Assembly (NCBI GenBank): GCA_963786105.1
Contig: CAWAXX010000018.1
Location: 160,001-224,000 of the forward strand
DNA length: 64,000 bases
Direction of reading: 5' to 3'
Origin: Vulcanimicrobiota bacterium
Lineage (GTDB): Bacteria; Vulcanimicrobiota; Vulcanimicrobiia; Vulcanimicrobiales; Vulcanimicrobiaceae
Shown here: positions 47,294-56,646 of the stretch, piece by piece
How the letters are laid out: each line of letters begins with the position of its first letter
Numbering within the stretch: position 1 is the stretch's first letter
Notes under the pieces: model-generated
Told to the model about the DNA's origin: nothing
Seen by the model: the letters and a program-made list of their open reading frames with translations, nothing else
Database searches by the model: none
Made by a program: the position numbers and the translations under genes

Positions 47294-48571
47294 ATGCGCG
47301 GCGGTCCCACGTTTGCTTCCGGTCCGTTACGCGGCGCGCTGTCGGTACCGGGCGACAAGTCCATCTCGCACCGCGCCTTGATCGCCGCGACGTGCGCCCG
47401 CCAACCCATTTCCATTTCGAACCTGAACCCCGGTCGCGACGTCCGCGCGACGCGCGAAGCCCTGGCGGCACTGGGCGTCGCGGTCCAGAGCGACGCGACC
47501 GGGGTGACCGTTGCCGGCGCGACGTTGTGCGCGCCGGCCGCACCGCTCGATTGCATGAACTCGGGTTCGACCGCGCGGATGATGCTCGGTGCCTGTGCCG
47601 GAGCGAACGTTCCGGCGCGGTTTGACGGCGACGCCTCGCTTCGGCGCCGCCCTATGGAGCCGGTCGCCGCGCAGCTTCGCGCATTTGGCGCGAGAATCGA
47701 CACCACCGCCGGCCGCCTGCCGATAACGCTAGCTGGAACGCCAGCTGTCGAAACCCGCAATTTCATCCTGCTCGCGCCCTCGGCGCAAGTAAAGTCGGCA
47801 TTGCTGTTTGCGGCCGCGTACGCGGGGGTTTCGATAACGGTGACCGGCGATCGCGGATCTCGCGACCACACCGAGCGAATTCTTCGTTACCTGGGCGCCG
47901 GCGTCGAGTGGGACGGCCGCCGGGTAGCGTTCAATCCCGACCGATTTCGCGCAGCGCCCATCCATGTAGCGGGCGATTTTTCGTCCGCGGCGTTCTTCAT
48001 CACCGCGGCGACGATCACGCCGGGCAGTGCGATCGTCGTACGCGACGTCGGCGTTAATCCGACGCGCACGGGGCTCTTGGACGCGCTGATACAGATGGGC
48101 GCCCGGATCGAGGTATATAATCCGCGAGACGCATGTGGCGAGCCGGTTGCCGACATCGCCGTGGAACACGCCGCGCTGCACTCAACGGTCATCGGCCCCG
48201 ATCTTGCTCTGCGTGCAATCGACGAGATTCCGCTGCTGGCGGTCGCCGCGGCATTCGCGCTGGGTGAGACCCGGATCGACGGCATCGGCGCGTTGCGATC
48301 GAAGGAATCCGACCGGATTGCCGCCATCGGACGCCTAGCCAACGCGGTTGGAATTCAGGTCGAGCTGCAGCGCACCGGTCTGAAGGTCCGTGGGGCCGTC
48401 CCCGCGCCGCGAGGTGAGGTGGTGGTTACCGGCGACGATCATCGTATCGCGATGGCTGCAGCGGTGCTCGCGTGCGCAGCCGGTCCGATTGCCGTCGACA
48501 GCACCAGCAGCATCGACGTCAGCTTTCCGTCTTTTCTTGAGACGCTCGACGGCGTGCGCGCCGGTAGCTAG
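47294..48571 (+). CDS. aroA: 3-phosphoshikimate 1-carboxyvinyltransferase
   Basis: PGDKSISHRA, SAQVKSA, RDHTER, KESDR, DHRIAM. Confidence 0.96.
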   Translation: MRGGPTFASGPLRGALSVPGDKSISHRALIAATCARQPISISNLNPGRDVRATREALAALGVAVQSDATGVTVAGATLCAPAAPLDCMNSGSTARMMLGACAGANVPARFDGDASLRRRPMEPVAAQLRAFGARIDTTAGRLPITLAGTPAVETRNFILLAPSAQVKSALLFAAAYAGVSITVTGDRGSRDHTERILRYLGAGVEWDGRRVAFNPDRFRAAPIHVAGDFSSAAFFITAATITPGSAIVVRDVGVNPTRTGLLDALIQMGARIEVYNPRDACGEPVADIAVEHAALHSTVIGPDLALRAIDEIPLLAVAAAFALGETRIDGIGALRSKESDRIAAIGRLANAVGIQVELQRTGLKVRGAVPAPRGEVVVTGDDHRIAMAAAVLACAAGPIAVDSTSSIDVSFPSFLETLDGVRAGS

Positions 48572-48900
48572 CGAAGCGCTCGAAGCGCACGGAGCGCCAA
48601 ACCGGCGATGCGCAATGCGGCCATCGCTTCACGCAATCGCAGGCCAGCGATCCCGGCGCGGATCTCCTCGACTGCTCCGCTCATGCGAACCAGTTGCTCG
48701 TGCATCGCGCCGAAATCACGGCCGACCCGCGTTACGGCCGACTCCAGGCGCCCGGAATCCAGAAGCGCCAGCGGAGTGGCAGCCTGGAGACGATCGGCAT
48801 GGTCCTGGAGCGTGCGCCAGGCGCGCGCGCACGCGCTCGCGCCGACGATCGCGCATATCGCCGCAAGCACCGCACAAACGGCCGGGATAAGCCAGAACAC
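48568..48900 (-). CDS. Hypothetical membrane-anchored protein
   Basis: N-terminal TM helix plus coiled segment; 3 bp from upstream gene. Confidence 0.6.
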   Translation of the reverse strand: MFWLIPAVCAVLAAICAIVGASACARAWRTLQDHADRLQAATPLALLDSGRLESAVTRVGRDFGAMHEQLVRMSGAVEEIRAGIAGLRLREAMAALRIAGLALRALRALR

Positions 48901-48903
48901 CGT

Positions 48904-49230
48904 TTAGGCTGCCGGTTCGGCTGCCTTGGATTTTGCCGGCGTCGAGTCGGCGGAAGCGGCGCTCGGCTCCGGTTTGGGCGTTTCGGTTTTTGCAGAAGCG
49001 GGCTTGTCGGTCGAGGATGACTCCGCCGGCGCCGACGTCTCCGACGCGCGGCCTTTGCGCGAGTCGGTCACGTAAAAGCCCGACCCCTTGAACACGATTG
49101 GCGCCGGATTGAAAACGCGGGCAAGGGGCCCACCGCAAGCCGGGCACGGATCACCGTGGGCCTCGTTAAAGCCGTGACGTACCTCGGAGACCCTCCCGCA
49201 CTGGGCGCATTTGTAATCGTAAAGCGGCAT
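48904..49230 (-). CDS. FmdB family zinc-ribbon protein
   Basis: MPLYDYKCAQCG...CPACG...FKGSGFYVTD. Confidence 0.92.
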   Translation of the reverse strand: MPLYDYKCAQCGRVSEVRHGFNEAHGDPCPACGGPLARVFNPAPIVFKGSGFYVTDSRKGRASETSAPAESSSTDKPASAKTETPKPEPSAASADSTPAKSKAAEPAA

Positions 49231-49295
49231 GCTTAGGGCCAGTATACCCGGTTTTAGCACTCTAGGTCAACGACTGCCAACTGGCGCCTTAGGCG

Positions 49296-49820
49296 CTAGA
49301 GATCTGCCAGCACGGCATCGTCGCGGCGATACTCCACTAGCCCCTTGAAGTGGACGAGCGCGTCGTCGAGCGCGGCGGCGAGTTTGCGCCCGTGGCGCCA
49401 TCCGTCCATGAGCGCCCCAAGCCGTCCGTGATACGCGGGGTAGGTTAATCGAACGTGCACGCGCGAACGCGTCGTCCGGCGTTCTATGCGGAAATCCAGG
49501 CGGCGCCGCACCGAGTACGCGCCCACCAGCGACAGGTGATAGTTCGACATGAAGGCGTCGACTTCGTACAACTGCTCTTCTTCGCCGGGCAGCGAGGAGC
49601 GCACGATCACTTCGCTGCCGACACCGATTGGCGAACCGGCCGTAACCAAACGCGCGCTGCGCAGAAACGAGAGCCACACCGGCCATTTCTCAACCGCGCA
49701 AAGGAGCGTGAACGCTTCTTCAGCGCTGCTATTGACGTCGAGGCTCGCGTACAACGGGCGACGTCCCAAATTAGCGTCGGGATCGCTCACAATAGCCATG
49801 CGCGAACGTTCTGCTTCCAA
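49296..49820 (-). CDS. SRPBCC family protein
   Basis: VEKWPVW motif, C-terminal helix L.HFKGLVE. Confidence 0.7.
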   Translation of the reverse strand: MEAERSRMAIVSDPDANLGRRPLYASLDVNSSAEEAFTLLCAVEKWPVWLSFLRSARLVTAGSPIGVGSEVIVRSSLPGEEEQLYEVDAFMSNYHLSLVGAYSVRRRLDFRIERRTTRSRVHVRLTYPAYHGRLGALMDGWRHGRKLAAALDDALVHFKGLVEYRRDDAVLADL

Positions 49821-49865
49821 GTCATAGGACCTTCTTAAATATCATCCACAACGAGCTGTGAATGG

Positions 49866-51042
49866 CTATGCACCGAATCCACCGCTGCCGAATCGCGTCG
49901 CAAACGCGACGAGCGTCGCGACGCCGACTGGCAACGCATCTTCGTCGATGCGAAACTCCGAACTGTGGCCCGAATGAGTCGCGCCTGCTCGTTCGCTACG
50001 AATGCCGAGACGGATTTGCAATCCCGGAACCCGCTGCGCGAAGTATGCGAAGTCCTCAGCACCCATCGTCGGCATCATTCGCTCTACGTGCACAGCCGTG
50101 CGCTCGCGCATGTACCGCGCGAAATTCTCGGCGAGCGCTTCGTCGTTGACGACGGGCGGATACCCGCGCAGAATCCGCGTTTCGCCGCGCACGTTGTAGG
50201 CTCCGGCGATACCGTCGACGATACGGCGTACTCGCAGGTCCAATCCGTCGCGAATCGTTGGGTCGAACGCGCGCAGGGTTCCCGACATTTCGACGACGTC
50301 CGCGATCACGTTGTTGCGATAACCTCCCGCAATCGTTCCGATGGTCACGACGACGCTTGCGAGCGGATCCGTTTCTCTCGCGGCGATGTTTTGCAAGCCG
50401 AGAACCATCGCGGCGGCAGCCGGGACGGCATCGACGGCGGTGTGCGGATAAGCTCCGTGGCCACCCTTTCCGCGAACCGTCAGATAGAATTCGTCGGCCG
50501 AGGCGTTCACCGGTCCGGGCGTAATGCCGATGCTCGCCCGCTTCGAGTCGCGTATCGACGTGCAGCATCGCAATCGCTTCGACTTTCGGATCGTCGAGCA
50601 CGCCTTGCTCGATCATCGGATCAGCACCGCCCGGCCCTTCTTCCGCCGGCTGAAAGATCAGCACGACGGTGCCGCAGAGCCCTTCGCGTTCGCCCGCGAG
50701 CACGCGGGCTGCACCCAGCAGCATCGCCGTATGCGCGTCGTGGCCGCACGCGTGCATTTTCCCGTCGATCTCCGACGCAAACGGCAGACCGGTGCGCTCG
50801 GTAATCGGCAGCGCATCCATATCGGCACGCAACGCAACAACGCGCCCCGGTTTTCCGCCGCGCACGATGCCGACGACGCCGGTCGTCGCTAACCGGCGGT
50901 GCTCTATGCCGAGGGCGTTCAGCTCGCGTTCCACGAGCGCAGCCGTCTCGTGCTCTTCGAAGCCCAGCTCGGGCCGGCGGTGGATCGCTCGCCGCAGTTC
51001 GACGACCCGCGCGACCAAGGATTCCTTCGGTTAGACGACCAT
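49866..51042 (-). pseudogene. M20D amidohydrolase with +1 frameshift near 50535 (possible sequencing error)
   Basis: PELGFEE, LRADMDALP, MHACGHD, FQPAEE in one frame; GGHGA.PH, EDFA in the next; ATG 51042 is followed by in-frame TAA at 51031-51033, alternative TTG start at 51018. Confidence 0.85.
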
Positions 51043-51101
51043 TCGCCCGACTTTAAACGGCGGTATCGGCGTTTCCTGCCCGCGAATAGCCTCACCCGAC
51101 A

Positions 51102-51864
51102 ATGATACCTGCCGACGTAGCCTTCGCACTGCTGATCAACCGGACGACCGACAACTACCAGGCCAATCCGCCGGCGTACATGACGTACACGGAGCGCACG
51201 CACGTGACCGCGCCATCGCTGGGCCGCACCCAGGATATCAATCGCTCGATTGCGGTTCGCGTCGCCGACGACTATGCGGTCATGCGCGATCTGCCCAACG
51301 GCGGACCGCGCACCGGTCAAGCGTTCCCGATCATCGCGTACTTCGATCCGTTATCGGCATTTCAATTCAGCTACTTCGCAAACATGAAACGCGTCGACAT
51401 CACGCTGCAGCTCGGCCAGCCGATCGTCTTGCGCACGCCGCCGCCGGATCCGTACGTAAACGTCCTAGTTCCGTACAACAGCTTTTTGAATTCGCGCTAT
51501 GCACCGGATTCTACCGAAGCCGCGATTCATCTCCTGATCGATCCGACGCCGCGGGTGAAGGGCTTCTATCCAAGCGAAGTGATCGAGGATGCCCAGACGC
51601 ACCTGCCCTCGCACGTCGAGATTCGCGTCACCGGCGCTGACGACGAATCTGATCGCGCTCGACTACAAGGTGATCGATGGGCACTGGGTCATCACGCACG
51701 GGACGTTCAGCGCGACCGAGCACGTCGTCTTCCTGACGTTCAAAGTCGTCGCCGACGTGACGTTCAGCGATATCGCATTTCCGAACGAAGCCCCCGATCC
51801 CAGACTTGCGGGCAGTCCGCTGCCGTCGCCGGCATCCTCGCCGCCGGCATCCTCGCCGCCGTAA
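51102..51864 (+). pseudogene. Hypothetical protein with +1 frameshift near 51648
   Basis: Coding-like sequence switches frame to LIALDYKVIDGHWVI. Confidence 0.55.
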
Positions 51865-51909
51865 CAGTGTCGCTTTTAGCCAAACCGCGACAAAGATATG
51901 GCTAAATCA

Positions 51910-51942
51910 GATGGCGGAGAGGGAGAGATTCGAACTCTCGGA
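51910..51942 (-). repeat. Duplicated 3' end of tRNA-Ser(CGA), att-like
   Basis: 33 bp identical to 52099-52131. Confidence 0.9.
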
Positions 51943-52056
51943 CCCACTCCCCACGCGGCACGCCGCGCGGGGACCCCAACGCTCTCAGTGCCGCTTCGGC
52001 GCTCCGCGCCAACGCTGATGAGCGTTCCGAGAGTCCGGACGTCGACGCCATAACAC

Positions 52057-52100
52057 TCGAAACGCAAAACCCGGCCGAATTGGCCGGGTTTGCGTTTCGA
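52057..52100 (-). terminator. Intrinsic terminator after tRNA-Ser(CGA)
   Basis: AAACCCGGCC-AATTC-GGCCGGGTTTT hairpin within a longer inverted repeat. Confidence 0.7.
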
Positions 52101-52191
52101 TGGCGGAGAGGGAGAGATTCGAACTCTCGGAACGCTCATCACGTTCGCCCGCTTTCGAGGCGGGTGCCTTCAACCACTCGACCACCTCTCC
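52101..52191 (-). tRNA. tRNA-Ser(CGA)
   Basis: CCCGC-CTCGAAA-GCGGG anticodon arm, long variable arm, GCCA end. Confidence 0.96.
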
Positions 52192-52211
52192 GCGTCGGGC
52201 GACCGGCCTTA

Positions 52212-52700
52212 TTACGGCGCCGCTGGTTCGATGCCTTCAGACCGGCGATTTAGGCGCTTGCGCGCAAAGAACTCCAGCAACTGCGCGGCCGTCTCGGTTT
52301 GCAGAACTCCGGCTTCGACGTCGATGCGGTGATTCGTGTCGCGCGAGCGCAGAATGTCGAAAGCGCCGCCGTCGGCGCCGCCCTTGGTGTCGTTGGCGCC
52401 GTAAACTAACCGGTTGATTCGCGCGGCGATCATCGCACCCGCACACATCACGCAGGGCTCTTTGGTAACGTACACGGTTGCGTTCTCGAGGCGCCAGGTT
52501 CCGAGCTGCTGCGACGCGCGTTGCAACGCCAGCATCTCCGCATGCGCGGTGGCGTCGGACCGCGTTTCCTTTTCGTTATGCGCCTCGACGACGAGCTGCC
52601 CGCTCACCAACACGGCGCCGACCGGCACCTCACCGGCGGCGTCGGCTTCCCGGGCAAGCGCCAGGGCTCGGCGCATGTATCGTTCGTCTTGGTCGATCAT
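52212..52700 (-). CDS. tadA: tRNA adenosine(34) deaminase
   Basis: GEVPVGAV, HAE, EPCVMCAGA. Confidence 0.92.
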   Translation of the reverse strand: MIDQDERYMRRALALAREADAAGEVPVGAVLVSGQLVVEAHNEKETRSDATAHAEMLALQRASQQLGTWRLENATVYVTKEPCVMCAGAMIAARINRLVYGANDTKGGADGGAFDILRSRDTNHRIDVEAGVLQTETAAQLLEFFARKRLNRRSEGIEPAAP

Positions 52701-52733
52701 GAAGTCGCGGCGCAATCAGCCGCACGGTGAAAG

Positions 52734-52810
52734 TGGCGCGCCCGGAGGGATTCGAACCCCCGATCCCAGCCTTCGGAGGGCTGTGCGTTATCCAGCTACG
52801 CTACGGGCGC
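52734..52810 (-). tRNA. tRNA-Arg(CCG)
   Basis: CAGCC-CTCCGAA-GGCTG anticodon arm, CCA. Confidence 0.95.
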
Positions 52811-52816
52811 ACGCTT

Positions 52817-53050
52817 CTAGGGTTCTGGCGCCGCCGGACCGGCGCTAGGAATGTGTTTGAACAAGTCGAGCTTGTGATCGACGAGCGTACGGTAAAACTT
52901 TCGAACGCAATCGGGATGCCCGAAGAAATACGTACGCGCGTAGGCAAGATCGTCACCCGAGCTGTCGGGGACGTAGTGCGAGATCTCGATCTCTTCCATC
53001 TGCACCCTGTCGACGGGATGGGGACAGAAATCGCACGGAATGGTGGACAT
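52817..53050 (-). CDS. Small hypothetical protein, possible Zn finger
   Basis: CDFC...HPDC; GAGGT upstream. Confidence 0.6.
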   Translation of the reverse strand: MSTIPCDFCPHPVDRVQMEEIEISHYVPDSSGDDLAYARTYFFGHPDCVRKFYRTLVDHKLDLFKHIPSAGPAAPEP

Positions 53051-53118
53051 GACGGATTAATACCTCGAGAACGACATCGGCCGCCTTCTTCATTTCGGCG
53101 GCCGACGCCATTGAAACT

Positions 53119-53190
53119 TGACTCGGGGGTGATTTGAACACCCGACCAAGGGCTTATGAGTCCCCTGCTCTACCGCTGAGCTACCGAGCC
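53119..53190 (-). tRNA. tRNA with CAT anticodon (elongator Met or Ile2)
   Basis: Cloverleaf, CTCATAA loop; paired 1-72, so not the initiator. Confidence 0.9.
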
Positions 53191-53327
53191 GATACAGGCA
53201 GGTACCCGCTTCGCCACCGTACTCTAGCAAAACCCCCGACGCGGCGCAAGCAGCGCCGGCCGGCGCCCCCGCGGCTTGCGAAATGAGATGCCCCGCCGCA
53301 GCAATGCGGCGAGGCTTCCCGGACAAT

Positions 53328-53401
53328 CGCGGTCGGAGGGACTCGAACCCCCAACCTACAAGTTCGTAGCCTGTTGCTCTATCCAATTGAGCTACGACCG
53401 C
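53328..53401 (-). tRNA. tRNA-Arg(ACG)
   Basis: ACAGG-CTACGAA-CTTGT anticodon arm. Confidence 0.95.
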
Positions 53402-53432
53402 GCAGTGTCATCTTGGCCGGCGCATCGCACAG

Positions 53433-53472
53433 TGTCATCCTGAGCGGAGCGCCGCAGGCGTGGAGTCGAAGG
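53433..53472 (+). repeat. REP-like intergenic repeat, copy 2
   Basis: TGTCATCCTGAGCGGAG-N14-AGTCGAAGG, shared with 28220-28259. Confidence 0.75.
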
Positions 53473-53496
53473 ACCGAGCGCCATCGAGCGACACTT

Positions 53497-53586
53497 CGGA
53501 GAGAGAGGGATTCGAACCCTCGATACGACTTTACACCGTATAACGGTTTAGCAAACCGCCGCCTTCAGCCGCTCGGCCATCTCTCC
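53497..53586 (-). tRNA. tRNA-Ser(GCT)
   Basis: GCGGT-TTGCTAA-ACCGT anticodon arm, long variable arm. Confidence 0.95.
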
Positions 53587-53634
53587 GCTGGGACGCCGAC
53601 GACTATACCACACCGCTGCCGTTCCCCCCTAGGA

Positions 53635-54186
53635 CTAGGGATTTGGAGGAGCGGTCGGCCCGGTGAGCGGCGGCTCCGGCACGAACTCTGCGCGCACGGT
53701 GGTTGCCGGCAGGCGCCTAGCCCGGGTGAAGAGCGCGTCGACGCCGAGCGCGCGACCCACCGGCAAGACAACGCAGATTAGCGAAAGCACCATCGTTGCG
53801 AAATCGAGACTCTGCAGCGTCGCCGACGAGAACATGTGGCCGCGAGCGGCGATGTAGTTGAGTGTCAGCACGACGCCGACCAGGCCGCCGAGGCGAGTAA
53901 GCGCTCCCAGCACCAGCGAAACGCCGACGAGCACTTCACCGAGCCGTACCAGTTCGGCGAACAGCGGAAGGTTGGGCTGCACGACGTTGGCGAGAAAAGT
54001 ATGGTAGACGCCGGTCGTCGACTGCACGCCGCGCGTTACGAAATCGCTGACAAATCCGCCGGGCGGCATGAACTGCGCGCTCTGCGTAAACTTCGGGATG
54101 CCGTGGGAGAGCCACATCAACCCGGTCAGAATCCGGACGATTGCCAGCCAGCGGGCGTAGGTCGCGGAGGAGGGTAAGGACTTCAC
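53635..54186 (-). CDS. DoxX/TQO small subunit DoxD family membrane protein
   Basis: RILTGLMWL.HG..K, GE..VG..L.LG..TR, GR.LGVD. Confidence 0.8.
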   Translation of the reverse strand: MKSLPSSATYARWLAIVRILTGLMWLSHGIPKFTQSAQFMPPGGFVSDFVTRGVQSTTGVYHTFLANVVQPNLPLFAELVRLGEVLVGVSLVLGALTRLGGLVGVVLTLNYIAARGHMFSSATLQSLDFATMVLSLICVVLPVGRALGVDALFTRARRLPATTVRAEFVPEPPLTGPTAPPNP

Positions 54187-55319
54187 GCAATTACCGTTTT
54201 TCGCATCGTCCCCAAACGTGCAATCATCGACGCTGCTTCACCTGCTGCATCTGGACGCGCCAAGCGTTTGGCTGCTGTCAACATGCGCGCACGCCGTCCG
54301 GAGTCGCTCAAGATGGTATCCAGCGCGCCGGGAAGCTCGCGCACGCTCCGCACGCGGACGGCGGCCCCGGCTTCGCTCAACACGCGCGCGTTGCGCTCTT
54401 CCTGCCCCGGAAGAGGCTTGCACAGCACCATCGGCACGGCGGCGACGAGGGCTTCGGCCGTACTAAGCCCGCCCGGCTTCGTCACGAACGCGTCGGCCGC
54501 GTGCATGTAGTCGTAAACGTTTTCGACGAATCTCAGCGCGCGAACTGGATAGCCGATGGTTTCAGCCGCCGCGCGAACCCGCCGTTCGCTGCGCGCGTTG
54601 CGCCCGGTCACAACCACCGCCGCCATCGGAAGCGCCATCGTTTCGAGAGCCCGCATCATACGTTCGAGCGGGCCGATCCCAAGACCGCCGCCCATCATCA
54701 GCACCACCCGCCGGTCGCGCGGAAGGTCCAGGCGTTCGCGCAGCATTTCCCGCGGCTCCAGCGACGGCGCGAACTCCGGGCGAACCGGAATTCCGCTGGC
54801 GGCGACGCATTGCGGTGAGATGCCCCGCGCGATCATGACGTCGCGCACGGCGTCGTTGGCAACCGCGTAGCCGTCGATATTCTCGTGGATCCAAAATGCG
54901 TGCACCGCAAAATCCGTCACGATGCCCACGACCGGCGGCGCATCATCGTAGATTCGCTTGTACTCGGCCATTGCACCGCAAGGGAACGCGTGCGTACAAA
55001 CGACCACATCGGGCCGTTCGCGCTCGAGCAGCGGGCGCAAGTTCCCGGCGGTGAATTGGTGCGCCCACGTACGAAAGGGACCAACTTCGGTCGCGCGCTC
55101 GGCGCGATTGTAGATGTAGCGATACATCTGAGGGATCGTCTTGACCATCTGCAGGTAGCCGTCGGAAACGACGCGGGATACGACCAGCGCCGCATATTTG
55201 TACGAATCGACGACCTGCGTTTGCACGCTCGGATCGATTCCGCGCAAGCCCGAGCACACGGCATTTGCCGCTGACAGATGGCCGGTGCCGACGCTTGCGG
55301 ACAGAAACAGAACGCGAAT
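54183..55319 (-). CDS. MGDG synthase/UgtP-like glycosyltransferase (GT28), probable ATT start
   Basis: LFLSASVGTGH..AA, CTHAFP, VTDF..H..W, TKPGGLST.EAL, PGQEE.N. Confidence 0.88.
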   Translation of the reverse strand: MRVLFLSASVGTGHLSAANAVCSGLRGIDPSVQTQVVDSYKYAALVVSRVVSDGYLQMVKTIPQMYRYIYNRAERATEVGPFRTWAHQFTAGNLRPLLERERPDVVVCTHAFPCGAMAEYKRIYDDAPPVVGIVTDFAVHAFWIHENIDGYAVANDAVRDVMIARGISPQCVAASGIPVRPEFAPSLEPREMLRERLDLPRDRRVVLMMGGGLGIGPLERMMRALETMALPMAAVVVTGRNARSERRVRAAAETIGYPVRALRFVENVYDYMHAADAFVTKPGGLSTAEALVAAVPMVLCKPLPGQEERNARVLSEAGAAVRVRSVRELPGALDTILSDSGRRARMLTAAKRLARPDAAGEAASMIARLGTMRKTVIA

Positions 55320-55618
55320 TACGTTTTCCCGCCCCCTTCGTCGCCCGCTTCCTCGGCAAAAATGAGGTAGTTGTCGAGCACCTCCTGAGCGAGCTCGTCG
55401 TCTTCGACGAGGTTGCCTTCGAGATCCGTCACGATCACCTCGGCATCGTCCTCTCCGCCGGCATCGCGTTCGAGCACTGCGTAGCTCGCATCGCTTTCAC
55501 TGTCCTCGAGAATGGCGCGTACTTCGAACTCCAGCGTCGATCCGTCTTCCATTTGCAATTGCAACACCTCGCCGACTTCCAGAGGGCCGCTCGGGGACTG
55601 CCCGTTCGAAGATGTCAT
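55319..55618 (-). CDS. DUF1292 family acidic protein
   Basis: L.MEDG...EFEV...YAVL; AAGGAG SD; ruvX-mltG context. Confidence 0.8.
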   Translation of the reverse strand: MTSSNGQSPSGPLEVGEVLQLQMEDGSTLEFEVRAILEDSESDASYAVLERDAGGEDDAEVIVTDLEGNLVEDDELAQEVLDNYLIFAEEAGDEGGGKT

Positions 55619-55647
55619 GGCTATGCTCCTTATCGATGCGTGGGAGG

Positions 55648-56646
55648 CTATGGCAAGCAGCGAGCGACGTTGGCTTGATGCTCGCCGAGGGTCTTGGCGA
55701 ACACGTGGCGCCCATTCCCGCAGTAAACGTAATAGAGGAAGTCGGTTTTCGACGGATGCAGGGCCGCCTCCATCGAGGGAAGCCCGGGATTGGCGATCGG
55801 GGTCGGCGGCAAGCCGGCGTGCGTATAGCTGTTATACGGCGAATCGATCTTCAAGTCCCCGAACGACAGCTCCCGTTTGTGCTTCGGCAGGGCGTACTCG
55901 ATGGTTGCATCCACTTCCAACGGCATGCCTATCCGGAGCCGGTTATAAATGACGCCGGCGATGGTGGGGCGATCCGCGTCGACCTTGGCTTCGCGCTCTA
56001 CCAGGGACGCAACCGCCAGCGCCTGTGGAACGCTTACGTGAAGTTGCCGGGCTTGCCGTGCGGCGTCGCGCGGCAGCGCTCGAAAGAACTCCGAGGTCAT
56101 CATGCTTTCCACTTGCTGCGGTGACGCGCCGAGCGGAACGAGATAGGTACTCGGGAAGAGGAAACCCTCGAGATTCTTCGTGCGGGCGCCGTCCACGACG
56201 ATCGAGTCTTGGCCGAACGCACGCGCAAATGCGCCGGCGTTTCCAATGCCGTTTTCTTCCAGGCGTTTGGCGATCTGCCGGTAGGTGAAGCCCTCGGGTA
56301 TCGTGATCCACACCGCGACCTGCGCACCGCCGGTGACAAGTGCGCGCAGCACTTCGTCCTGCGATTGACGCGCCGGAAAGCGATACTCGCCAGCGCGGAC
56401 GTCGGCTTCCTCACCCCGCATTCGCGCCAATAGGCGAAAGGCGAGTACGTTGTCGATGACGCCGGCCGAGGCCAATTGACGCGCAACCTCCGCAAACGTC
56501 GTGCCTTGCGCGACGACGACGTGCGTTTCCGCTAGCGGCGCAGAACGATTGCGGTAGGCGGTGTTCCAAAACCAGAGCGCGGCGGCGATCGCCGCCAGCA
56601 GCGCCAACGCGATCGCGCCCCCGGCGATACGCGCGGCAAGTTTCAC
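55648..56646 (-). CDS. mltG: Endolytic transglycosylase MltG
   Basis: TIPEG, LEGFLFPSTY, ASLVERE, SPYNSY..GLPP.PI.NPG. Confidence 0.95.
   Translation of the reverse strand: MKLAARIAGGAIALALLAAIAAALWFWNTAYRNRSAPLAETHVVVAQGTTFAEVARQLASAGVIDNVLAFRLLARMRGEEADVRAGEYRFPARQSQDEVLRALVTGGAQVAVWITIPEGFTYRQIAKRLEENGIGNAGAFARAFGQDSIVVDGARTKNLEGFLFPSTYLVPLGASPQQVESMMTSEFFRALPRDAARQARQLHVSVPQALAVASLVEREAKVDADRPTIAGVIYNRLRIGMPLEVDATIEYALPKHKRELSFGDLKIDSPYNSYTHAGLPPTPIANPGLPSMEAALHPSKTDFLYYVYCGNGRHVFAKTLGEHQANVARCLP

Noticed and set aside
51826..51861. 15-bp tandem repeat
   Set aside because: Encodes a low-complexity SPASSPPASSPP tail; ordinary slippage
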